Positions 24,137 through 35,840 of a stretch of 64,000 nucleotides of DNA are shown piece by piece. Under the pieces are notes generated by a model. The model ran no database searches, was not told the DNA's origin, and saw nothing but the letters and a program-made list of their open reading frames with translations. The position numbers and the translations under genes are program-made. This DNA comes from Basidiobolus meristosporus CBS 931.73. Taxonomy: Eukaryota; Fungi; Basidiobolomycota. The stretch covers positions 28,983 to 92,982 of the forward strand of contig MCFE01000332.1 in the NCBI GenBank assembly GCA_002104905.1, written 5' to 3'. How positions within the stretch are numbered: position 1 is the stretch's first letter; every line of letters begins with the position of its first letter.

Positions 24137-27100
24137 TGTGCATATTACTGGGCCTTGCTTCACCTTTTGGGGTTCCCTATAATGTGGATGTGTGGGGAGA
24201 TAGGAAGACAAGTCAAATTGTAGGTACTAGCATATCTCAATATCATCAACAATATTACCTTCAAGACCATGATGAATTTGGTAGGTTGATACATGGAGGA
24301 CAACCAGGAAGTGTTGGAAGATATTGAGGACAGATGTGCACAAGGAAACACCTTTACCTGTGGAATTAATAAGCTAAGCAGCCACAATGTGTGGGTAGTT
24401 AGTTAAGTAATACAAAATTGGGTTGGGTGCAACAAGCAACTAATTTACATTTGGAAAGCTCTACCAGTGATGACAAGTTTCTCTAGGTCACAAGCCAACT
24501 TCTACACCATTCAATACAGAATTCACTCAAACAAGATCCAGAGCACACCTATAAGGGGGAGTAGAATTTAGCAGGGAGAAGCATTATCTTGGCCAAGTAC
24601 TAATAAGTTATTTGTGGAGATTCAGGAGGTATTTGTGGCAGAAGTGGTGGCAACCAAGCATATGCTTCCAAGATGTATATATTGCCATCAGTACAAGGTA
24701 TCTAGCAACTTTGCAATTATCACACTAAAAGGCCTTCAACTTGAGGTGATAGAAGTATGTCAGTTGCAGCTGGTGTGTGGATTTGTAGAGGTTTGTAAGC
24801 AGGAGGCCACAGTTCTTTTTTGGTTTAAGCTATATGTGGAGTATCTAACATAGTAATGGGTAAGCAAATGAAGTGGGGTGACTCTGCAGTGGAATATATG
24901 AATGGCACAAGGGGAGGTAGAAAAAGGAAATACTATTTGGTATATTGGTACAGTATCATTGTGGAGAACTAGCTGTAGGCTACTATGCTGCCATAATAAT
25001 ACTAATGAACAGTTGCAATGAGGCTGTCACAGCACTGTCAAGTCTTTTTCCATGTAAGGCAACTTGATGTACTGGCTGGTTTGATCCATTGAAAGAGTTG
25101 GAGAGCACATTAAGACTGCAACAATGCCACTCAATAATAGCTACAGTACTGATCAAACCCTGTCAAGTTTTTTCACCTCATTTAGCAGTAAAATTAGCCA
25201 AACACCATTGTGAACCTGTCATAAAATCTTCAAGAAGGCCACTAGTTCCAAGCTGCTGGTATCATGACAGTTTCCCAATGGGATCCTGATAGCTGATCTG
25301 GTGTGGATTCACCCATGGGACCAAGCTATTTTTCATAGTGATCAATATTAATATGCACATTCAAAAATACAAATGCAAAGACTGGATGAACAAGATATGT
25401 ATATATTCAAGTGCTATTCAGAAGCCATTCCTACAAATAATACAATACAGGCTTTGGGACTCATACGCTGATGTTGTACAAATATTTATCTAGAAGCCAA
25501 TCACCAACACCAACTTGATGCATCTACAACTGTTGTGCAAGGAGTCTGTAATGGGATTTGGGAGGCCACACTACAAACATAAAGCTGATATGTAAATCAC
25601 TGCTGTTACTGTATCTGTTCTCAACTCCATCTCGCTTAGTGTTGGAGAATATTGGGCCTTTCTTCACCTTTCAGGAGTTTCCTATCAAGTCCATCATGGA
25701 AATGGTGAGTTGGCTCTTGGAGGACAGCTAGGAAGAGTTGGAAATACTGAAGACAGATTTGTTCAAGGAAACATCTATGCCTATAGATTTGAGAAGCTAA
25801 GCAGCCCCAATGTGTGGGTAGTTAATTAAGTAATGCAAGATTGAGTTGGGTGCAACAAGCAGCTAATCTTTATAAGGAGAGCTCTACCAAATTATGACGG
25901 GTCTCTCTTGGTCATAAGCCAACTTCTACACCATTCAATACAGAATTCACACAAACAGGGGCCAGAGCACACCTAAAAGTGGAACCTGAATCCAGCAGGT
26001 GAAGGAATATATTGTCTAAATACCAAGTAGTTATTTGTAATATTCAGGAAATATGCATGGTAGAAGTGGTGGCAACCAAGCATATGTTTGCAAGATGTAT
26101 ATGTTGCCAGAAGTACAAAGTATATGGCAACTTTGCAAGTTTTACACTAAAAAGCTGTAAAACTGAGATTATAGAAATACATCAATTGCAGCAGGTGAAC
26201 ATGTTTGTAAAGGTTAGTAAGCAGGAGGTCATAGTTACTTTTGAATCAAATTATATGTAGAAAACCCACGGTAGTAGTGATTAAGCCAATAAAGCAGGGT
26301 GATTCTACAGTAGAATATATGAATTGCACAAGAGGAGGTAGAGAAAGTAAATACCATTTGGTAAATTGGTAAGGAAGCGTTATACAGCACTAGCTGTAGG
26401 CTGCCATGCTGCCTTAACAATGCCACCAGAGACTCACAACAAGGCCGTCAAAATACCATCCAGCTTTTTGCCATATAAGTCAATTGGATGTACTGGCCAG
26501 TTAGGTCCATTTAAAATAGCTGTAGAGAGCATTAAGACCAGAACAATGCCGTGCAAATATTGCTACAGTGCCAATCAAAACCCATCATGTTTTATAACTT
26601 TATTTGGTAGCAAAAGTAGCTAAAAGCCATTATGAACCTGTTATAAGATTGTTAAGAGGGCCAATAATCTCAAGCTGCAGGGATTATGATGGTCACCAAA
26701 TGGAATCTGATGGCTGATCCAGATTCAATCCTCCAGTGAGACCGGATTATTTTTCATAGGATAAAGCTCTGAAGAAGAAGGCTAACAGAATTATTTGGAC
26801 CTATCTCTCCTAACAACAGTACTTTACATTAGCGTGGCAAAACTCTATATTGCAATGAGAAAACACCTATTGAAAAAAATGCCAAGGATATTCTTGGGGC
26901 CATCTGCCACTAGTAATCAGTCTTCTAGTTGATGGTGTGATGTTGTGGCTTTAGAAGTAGCAGGTTTCCACTAATATCAGTGATGGGGACTCTGAGGGCT
27001 TACTACTACTTCCTGCCAAGATCATTCTGGGATGTAGTTTACTACATGCTTAGTACAAAAAAAAACCAGCATGCAACTGGCTTCATACAACTCAGAAACT

Positions 27101-27285
27101 AGACTTGCTCCATTGAATAGTGTCACATAATGCCAGCCTGTTTACAGTACTAGACTGATCTGGCACTCTTTGGCACCATCTGGCACTGTAACTTCTACCA
27201 TAATGCCAGTGGTAGGATATAGTTACTGGTAATTTTACTTAATCTTACTTATGTTGCTCAGAGTGTTGCTTCCCTTGCTTTATTC

Positions 27286-28100
27286 ACTCTTCATAATGCT
27301 CCAGACACATTTCTCTCAGTGGATGTCCGGTTGTATGAATGTGCTTTGCATTGATAAGTATCTTAACTATTTTACCTATTCTGCTGTTTTCTCTTATGTA
27401 TAACTTTCCAATGATTAAATATCTGATTGCAAAGCTTTTTCTTCCTGCTAAGCACACCCTTCCTTGGCCTCCTATAAGCTTTGATACATCCTAATCTCTG
27501 ACAATCCTTGCCTGTACAAGCCAAGTCTGCCATACATTTCTCCCCTCTACTGAATTCTGGATGATTCTCTACCCAAAGTGCTTCATCATGCCTACTTCCA
27601 GCAAATGGCCCACTAAACCAGATGATGTTACCCTCAATGTCAGACAGTGCTTGAAACTTAAAACAGTGTGCCTTGTACTTGCCAGAATAAAAGTGCCTCT
27701 GCCCTCTAGAAGGTCTGTTAATCCCAACTGGGAAGGTATCCAAAATACTCCTTATATGGAACCTGTTGCTGAAAACGCTAGGATATGGATTCATAGAGGA
27801 GCTTCTGAACCCGGTATTCCAAGCTTGCTTTAAGTCACTCATACCCTCTGCAGGGTGGTTCTTCATTGCTGTCAGTTGGGAATGAAAGCTTCTAGTACTT
27901 TTGTTGCCATGGATGGTGGGATGAAACCTTGTAGGGCAATAGTTCCTATAATAGCAGAGAAACTTAACAAGGGATCTCCATGGGCAGATTGGAGTAGATG
28001 GTCCAGAGTACTTGGTATAGATCCCCTATAGTGTGTCGAAAGGAAATCCAGTAGTAGTAATGGGAATGATGAGAAAAGACCATTCAGGTAAGTAAGTCAT
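27286..28100 (-). pseudogene. H2 transposase pseudogene
   Basis: ORF 27372-27866 is homologous to the intact transposase, with a deletion/frameshift near the C-terminus and stops in the N-terminus. Confidence 0.85.
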
Positions 28101-28313
28101 ATTAAATTGGTAGATGATCTGGCGTTGAATTGATTTGGCACAATCAGCTTTATTTACTTGATTTTCCATGCATTATGATTAAATCTCCATCAATTGCCAT
28201 GTATCCCCTCATTATGATGCAAAAATCATCCTCAAACAATGACTTGGTATTTTTATTGATGTTTTACTCAGAAGTCTATAATCAAACAGGAAATCTGCAA
28301 TTGATGTGATCTG

Positions 28314-28682
28314 TGTTGAAATATTGGACTATTTGGTATCATTCAGCAGCTAAAAATTTACTTAACAATTCTAGGCTAGTCTTAGTCACTGTAGGACTTA
28401 TTTACTGCCTTAATTTTGCCACTTTCTCCAGATATATGATCTTATGATTATTCCCTTATAGTCGGGATCAAATTAGCACTATTACCAAACATTATGTACT
28501 AACCCTGAAACTGTTACAGAATGCTCCTGAATATTGAGAAACCCTCCCTACTTAGTGTTGCAGCTGTATTACTTCTACAAAGGTATAAATACTGAGCTGC
28601 TTTATGAATAAACAACAGTTCAACTATTATCACTATTTCTTGATAAGTTCCTTGTATCCAAATCACTTCTTAAATTGCAACA
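28314..28682 (+). mobile_element. Solo LTR, copia family B
   Basis: TGTTGAAAT...TTGCAACA, 369 bp, homologous in reverse to 14699-14940. No TSD; the flanks are non-contiguous H sequence. Confidence 0.7.
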
Positions 28683-30199
28683 AGAACCACTTTCAGGTGT
28701 GCAAAGTAAATCACAACCAAATGCTTCAATAGCAATCCCTGTGAGAAAAAAACCTAGAAGAAGATGATATGATTGCATCAAGTTGCTATTATTTGTCATG
28801 ATCCAAACAACTCATTTTTTTTGTAATCCGCATCAGGGCATCACAAATCAGTGATCACTAAATTTTTGATTTAAGCACCATGGAGGTTGTCTCACATTTG
28901 AGACATGAGCCTATAAATAAACACCCTGCATGTTTATACATCATCTGTGGCACCAGTGCAGCCATTTGATCTGATTTGCACCTGTACAATTGGTTATGTG
29001 TCAGCTATGACACCTTGTCCAATCACTAGAATCAAGGATTTACTTGCCTAATGAGCAAAATGGGATATTTGATGGTAAATCAGGTAGCTTGTGTAATGAT
29101 TAAATAGCCAATTAGGGGCTGACAGCTTTGGGATACTATTGTACCAATTAACCATTGAGATACCATTTAATTGGAGTGAGGTAACCAAAAAGGTAAGTAT
29201 CAGTGTAGTTCATAGTGTGATATGCAACTTTTTAATTTACATTAAAGAAACAATCCAAATACCAGATTTTACCTACCATAATAGTGGTATCTGATTGCGC
29301 ACATGATGCAAAAATTACACGTTGGTGCAATCATATGTGCCAACCTCATTGTGTCAGATTGTGCCATAGTGTGCAAGATTGTCCCACATGGTGCAAAATG
29401 GTCCAAGAGCAATCCTGCCTACAGGTAGATACCATATTGCACCTGATTGTTCTTAGGGATTGCAGATTGCACTGCTCACCCAGGCATGGTACAATGGAAC
29501 AAGTTTACTATCCTGATTCCAGCATATGTTAACAGTTGTATGGTATTTATATCCAAAGATGCCACCATTGCAAGGCGTCCAATTTGTTCAGATCCACCAC
29601 CATAGAAGCAGCATAGATCTCAACAGATACTGTATCCATTCTCATTTTCATCTTGGACGGTGTATGGAAAATATTGGACCTTTCTTCACCATTTGGAAGT
29701 TTCCTATGGAGCAGATGTGTGGGGAGATAGGACAACAAGTGGAGTTGCAGGTAATACCATATCCCATCTCATCAGGAATCAAACCTTCAAGTCTGTCATG
29801 TTTGTGATGAATAAGCACATAGTGGACAGCCAGGAAGAGTTAGAAAATTCTGAGGACAGATGTGCACTTGAAGACACTCCTGCTTATGGCATTAAGAAAC
29901 TAAGCAGTTCCAATGAGTGAATAATCAGTTAAGCTATGCATGGTTAGATTGAACACAGCAAGCAACTAATTCTTTCTAGCGCAAATTTACTAAAGAATTC
30001 CACATTTCTCATGGTCACAAGTCAGCCTCTACACCACTTGATACGGGATTTACACAAGCAAGAGCTGTAGGCTACTGTTTGGTTGTTATAATACCAGCAG
30101 CAGTCTGCAATGAGGCCATCAGAGAACTGTCAGATTTAGGGCCATATTAGGCAACTGGAAGGATCAACTGGTTAGGACTGCTCAAATAAATGCAAGTAT

Positions 30200-31374
30200 A
30201 ATAGCCTGTCAGAATACCCTGCAACATTTATCAAATGGTTTTAGAGAATGTACATAGGTGTAGGAGGTATTTGAGTGACTGGGGCCCAAAGGTTAGAGAA
30301 GTGGCAGAAAACTACTCAAAAGACACTGATGCATAGTAGCAAAGTACAATATTGATCAAGTTTTTTGTGAGATCTGAAATGCAGTATCTTTAAGCAGTTT
30401 CTGTTGAGATATAGGAGGGATATGTTGGAAGTGAAATGAAGAATCAGAAAAATAAGTGATACTCACTTGATGAAATATTGAGTTACAGCACAGTATATAT
30501 ACTTGTTGCCAAACTACATAAATGTACCTTTTTAATCACTATTGAGGGAGTCTCTGGAATACACGTGTCAAGCTTTAGCTCATTGGGACAAGTTGCACAT
30601 TTTCCTAATATTCTATACTTTTCTTACTCACAGTAAATAGCAGATATCCTAAAACAAATTTGCAACTCATTATTCTGAGATACATCATTTAACAAAGTGC
30701 TAGTTCATAACATATTATAATTAGGATGACTTCCAATCATTTCAACACTCCCACTCACATATAATGTTCATATTTTTATGAGGTTCCTATGGTATTGTGC
30801 ATCTTGCTGTTGAAATTAAACCTGCAATTAACCATATAACTGATTGGACAAACATACCCTCCAATATATGTTGGGGTGGCTTATCATCTGTAATAACTAA
30901 CTATAAGCCTATATTATTAATCAAATACCTCATATCAAATTACTTGGAGTCAGAATTCTGATCTTATCAAAAAATACCTACGGGAGAGTATCATCCACTT
31001 GATTGGGAAGAAGCTCTTCCAATACTACTCATATCCAATCATACTCTCTGTCATTAGGTAGCTGTGCTTTCAGGTCTTCTGCTGCTTTTTTCTTGAGCAT
31101 AAAGTTCTAAAATTGGCAAAGCTAGGATGTAGCTTCCTTCCAGTAGATCTGAATCATCCAGAGCTCTGATTTATAGTAAAATTCACTGCAACTACTCTCA
31201 ATGTATCCATAATGAGATCTGGGTAATAAGATTCTTCATATATTCCAAATATCATCTGCTTGAGCCAAGAACTGGTCTTCATTGTGGAAGCCTTATTCTT
31301 CATCAGTTGGGCTAATTTTTCCTCTTCCCAACTAGTGCTCTCAATGTGCTTAGCCTAGGTTTTCTTCATTTATT
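30200..31374 (-). mobile_element. Heavily decayed retroelement remnant (probably LTR-type), continuing 34798-34842
   Basis: Only scraps are recognisable, such as an integrase zinc-finger-like KCATCP near 30590 on the minus strand. No long ORF. Confidence 0.35.
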
Positions 31375-31512
31375 AGACTAGTTCCGTTGGATAGTGCCAT
31401 ATACTGCCAGCCTGTTTATAGTGCCAGATTGATCTGGCACTCTATGGCACTATCTGGCACTAAAATTTCTACCATGATGCCAGTGGTATGATACAGTGAG
31501 TGGTAATTTTAC

Positions 31513-32442
31513 TCAATTGTATTTATGTTGCTCAGAATAGTGCTTTACTTGCTTTGTTAACTGTTCATAATGCTCCAGACACATTTCTCTCAGTGGATGT
31601 CTTCTTGTATGAGCATACTGTGCATTAATAAGTATCTTAACTATTTTACCTATTCTGCTGTTTTCTCCTATATATGACTTTCCTCTGTATTTACCTGCCA
31701 ATATGCTGAATCTCTTTAGATATCCAAATGTGTGCTCTACCCTCACTCTGAAATGATTAAATATCTCATTGTAGAGCTTCTGCTTCCTGCTAAGTACACC
31801 ATTCCTTGGCTTCCTATAAGCTGTAATACATCCTAATGTGTGACAATCCTCTCCTATATAGGCTAAGTCTGCCATACATTTCTCCCCTCTACTGAATTCA
31901 GGATGATTCTCTACCCAGAGTGCTTTATCATGCCTACTTCCAGCAAATGGCCCACTAAACCAGATGATGATACCCTCAATGTCAGACAGTGCTTGAAACT
32001 TCACACAGTGTGCCTTGTACTTGCAAGAATAAAAGTGCCTCTGCCCTCTAGAAGGTCTGTTCATCCTCACTGGAAAGGTATCCAAAATACTCCTTATATG
32101 GAACCTGTTGCTGAACACTCTGTGATATGGAAGTCTATTGGAGCTTCTGAACCTAGTGTTCCAAGCTTGCTCCAAGTCATTCATACACTCTGCAAGGTGG
32201 TTCTCCATTGCTGTCAGCTGGGAATGAAAGCTTCTAGGACTTTTGTTGCCATGGATGGTGAGATGAAACCTTGTGGGGCAATAGTTCTTGTAATATCAGA
32301 GAAGCTTAACAAGGGATCTCCTTGAGTACATTGGGGTTGATGGTCCACAGTACTTGGAATAGATCTCCTCAAGTGTGTCAAAAGGAAATCCAGTGGTAGT
32401 GATGGGATTGATGAGAAAAGACCATTCAGATGAGTAATTCAT
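31513..32442 (-). pseudogene. H3 transposase with premature TGA and lost stop codon
   Basis: The LLWYY codon TGG is mutated to TGA at about 32296. The terminal GAG TAA is mutated, giving read-through to 31513. Confidence 0.85.
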
Positions 32443-32803
32443 ATTAAAATTGGTGGATTATTGTATGGAGGTGGTTTGAATCAATTTGGCATGATCTCTG
32501 TTATTAATCATATTTTTAATGCATTATGATTAAATTTCCATCAATTACCATGTATCCCATCATTATGTTGCAAAAATCATCCGCAAACAATGCCTTGGTA
32601 CTTTTATTAATGCTTTACTCATAGGTCTATAATCAAATAGGAAATCTGCAATTGATGTGATCTGATCCGTGTCAATGCAATCTGAGATGCATCATGCATA
32701 ATATATGGAAAATTCAACAATCACATTAGTTTTCATATACATATTTCATATAAGACCAGGTTGATGCCAATATACTGCTGTATAAGTATCCAAATCCTTT
32801 GCT

Positions 32804-34051
32804 ATGGTCCCCATACCAAGTCTCAACTCATCTTTAGTACAACCCAGACAAAACCCATCCCCCAGCTCACAAGCATGGTCCGGACCGGAAAAGTTGATGT
32901 TGGATCCATTCAAGTTCTTGCTAAATGATTTTAGAAGGGCCCAAGTGCCTATGATGTGCCTTCATACAGATATTTGGGCACTACTGATTAATCTAGCAGA
33001 ACTAGATACCTTGGAGAGTTGACAAAGATGGAAGAATTTGAGTAGAAAGCTGCGGCATGAGTTCTACATCAAGATGCCAACTGATACATGTAAGAAGATA
33101 TATAACAAGACATGTATTGAAATCAAGAATGAGCTGAGACTGAGGGGATTTGATGAAGAAGCCGTGCGGGAACAATTCTGCGCACAATTTGCACAGTGCA
33201 GGCCTGACGCATCTGTTTGTGCCTCAACTTTGGGAACCAAAGAGATTTTGAATGAGTTTTTGCCTCAAATGGCTAATGTACTGCGTGATATATTAGTAGA
33301 GCTAAGTGGCTTCCAAGAGCAATATACACAGGACTCATCCAGGCAACAGCTCCAAGGTATCAGACAGAGGGTAAGTGAATACCTTGAGGAATCAGATGGT
33401 GAGCTTCAGGAGGAAGAATACAGACCGCAAGCAACATTGTCCAGATTGCACCAGCACACCTTGCTGGATTCCTTACCATCTCTTGCAACCACAGTGTGCC
33501 GGTGCACGTCAGTCCAGACTATGCCAACACCCTTTACCAGAGTGCCCCACGTTGAATCAACACACATTGGGTTGATGCGCACGCTTCAGAGCAAAACTAC
33601 CAGAACTTGCCAAACTGCTCATTTAGACACAAGTCCATTGGAGCGGACCAAGTTGGGTCAACATGCAGCATCACATCAAACTCAGCCAAGGGCCATCTCA
33701 ACGCGTCAAGGTGCGCCTGCGCGTGCCATTTTGCCTGACCATCAGTCAGTTACTTCTGGTGAACTGACTGATGATGACCAACATGAAGTGCCTCAACCAC
33801 CAGAGCCCTTGGCAAGTAAAAGAACGCGTCAGCGTGTGGCACTCCAGGCCAGTTCAGTTAGTTCATTTGGAGTGATTCAGAGCGGCCAAGGTGCAGCATT
33901 GCACTCATCAACTAGGAGGCAAAATACTGACTACAAATACACAAGTAGCCAAGATGATAGTCAGCCAGGAAGTAGTATAGGTGTGCAAAGTGAGTCACTA
34001 CCAAATGCTTCAGTAGTAATCCCTGTGAGAAAAAAACCCAGGAGAAGATGA
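32804..34051 (+). pseudogene. H3 ORF2, 415 codons with a single internal TGA (33020-33022)
   Basis: ORFs 32804-33022 and 33038-34051 are in frame. H4 has CAA at the stop position. Confidence 0.85.
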
Positions 34052-35840
34052 TGCAATTGCTTTGAATTGCTATTATTTGCAATGATCCCGACGACCCATT
34101 TTTTTGCAATCTGAATTAAGCCATCAAAAATCAGTGATCATCAAATTTTTGATATAAGTAATATCAAGGTTGTCTCATATATGAGACAGAACCCCTATAA
34201 ATAAGCACCCTGCATATATATATATCATATGTAATACCAGTGCAGCTATTAGATCTGTTTTGTACCAACCTAATTGCTTGCGTGCTAGCTATGACACCTT
34301 GTCCAAACACTAGGATCAAGGATTTACTTGCTCAATGGGCAAAATGGGATATTTGATGGCAAACCAGGTAGTTTGCTTAGTAGTCAATGAGCCAATTGGG
34401 GGCTGCCAGCTTCAGGATACTTTTTGGACCAATTAACCACTGAGATACTGTCCAATTGGAATGATGGTAACCACAATGGTACGTATCAGTGTAGTTTATA
34501 GTGTGATACACATTTATTTCCATTTACATTAAAGAAACATATCCAAATACTGGATTTTACCTGTCATAATAGCGGTATCCAATTGCGCACGTGATGCAAA
34601 CATTACAAGTTGGCACAATCATCTGTGCCAGCCTCATTGCGTCAGATTGTGCCATAGTGTGCAAGATTGTCCCACATAGTGCAAAATTGTCCAAGAACAA
34701 TGCTGCCTTCTGGTAGCTTTAATATTGCGCCCAATCATTCTTTACAACCACGGATTGCGCCACGCGCCCTGGCACGGTACAATGGAACAAGTCTATTATC
34801 AGGGATATTGGACTCTGACTGAAGCTACATATTGTGGTGCTACCCTATGAAAAATGGATTGGTCCTCCAGGTACATCCAATCTGGGTCAGCCATCAAGTT
34901 CCCATCAGGAGACAGCTATACTACCAGCAGCTTGGAATTAATGACCATCTACACAATCTTATGACAGGATCACAACAGTGTTTTACTAATTTACAACTAA
35001 ACAAAGTTGATAGAATATAATGGTATTTTTACAGTGTTTTGTCAAGGGTCACATGGCATTGTTGCAGTCTTAGTGCACTTTACAAATATTTGAGTAGATC
35101 TAACTGGCCAGTAAGTCTAATTGCCTTATGTGGCAAAAACCTGATGGTGCTTTGATAGCCTAATTACAAGTCTTTGACAGCATTATCATGGCAGTATGGT
35201 GGCCTACAGATAGATTTGTGTAATGCTACTACACCAATTTACCAAATGGTATTTCCTTTTTTTACCACCCCTTGCACAATTCAAATACACCAATGTAGAA
35301 TAACCCCCCTTTATATGCTTACCCATTAATACTGTGGGTATTCCACAGATAGTTTGAATCCAAAAAATATTAAGGCCTCCTGCTGACTAACCTCTACAAA
35401 CATGCACACCTGCCACAATTGACATCCTTCTATCACCTCAACATTACAGCTTTTCAGTGTGATGCTTGCCAAATTGCCATATACCTTGTATTGCTGGTAG
35501 CATATACATTATGTAAACATATGCCTGGCTTCTGCCACTTCTGCCATGTCTACCTCCTGAATATCTGCAAAGAGCTTTTTGGTATTTAGCCCTATATTTC
35601 TTCTCCCGGCTGGGGCCTAGTCCCCCTTATAGGTACACTCTGGCTCTTGTTAGTGTGAATTCTGTATTGTATGGTGTATAAATTGGCTTGTGTCCAAGAG
35701 AAATCTGGCATACTGTTGTAGAGCTTTGCTAATAAAATAAGTTGCTTGTTGAACTCAACCCAACATTGCATTACTTAACTGATTACCCATGCTATGGGAC
35801 TACTTGGCTTCTTAATGCAACAGGCATAGGTGTCTCCATG

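Larger units (their letters stand above)
17421..25340 (+). mobile_element. CACTA-like element K1 (internally deleted, containing gypsy E)
   Basis: Left end CACTACAAAAAATT (17421) and right end TTTTTCATAGTG (25340). Accessory-gene remnant 17640-19620 (minus) and transposase 3' remnant 24137-25340. No clean TSD seen. Confidence 0.7.
17226..26761 (+). mobile_element. CACTA-like host copy K0 (pieces 17226-17420 and 25341-26761) interrupted by K1
   Basis: Both pieces align to the K2 transposase region. The right end TTTTTCATAGGA resembles the inverted family terminus CCCTATGAAAAA. Confidence 0.6.
27101..29506 (-). mobile_element. DNA transposon H2, older degenerate copy lacking most of ORF2
   Basis: Ends AGACTTGCTCC (27101) and GGAACAAGTTT (29506), TSD ACT on both sides. 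ORF2 is replaced by a copia LTR. Confidence 0.88.
26762..30200 (+). pseudogene. CACTA transposase remnant K4 (26762-27100 and 29510-30200), split by H2
   Basis: Sequence is continuous across H2 (CTCAGAAACT|ACTATCCTGATT matches CCAGAGACTGTCCTGATT in K2). HLGRCMENIGPFFTIWKFPMEQMCGEI motif. Confidence 0.7.
31375..34794 (-). mobile_element. DNA transposon H3, full length (3420 bp), no nested inserts
   Basis: Ends AGACTAGTTCCGTTGG and CAATGGAACAAGTCT, TSD ATT (31372-31374, 34795-34797). Confidence 0.93.

Noticed and set aside
30200-31374. Possible host gene or novel ORF in unassigned AT-rich stretch
   Set aside because: There is no ORF of 60 aa or more. Only decayed retroelement-like scraps are visible.
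31375-34794. Ascomycete-type RIP as the cause of decay
   Set aside because: The differences I inspected are dominated by CpG to TpG/CpA rather than CpA to TpA, and repeated ORFs remain largely open. This fits CpG methylation-deamination, but it was not quantified.
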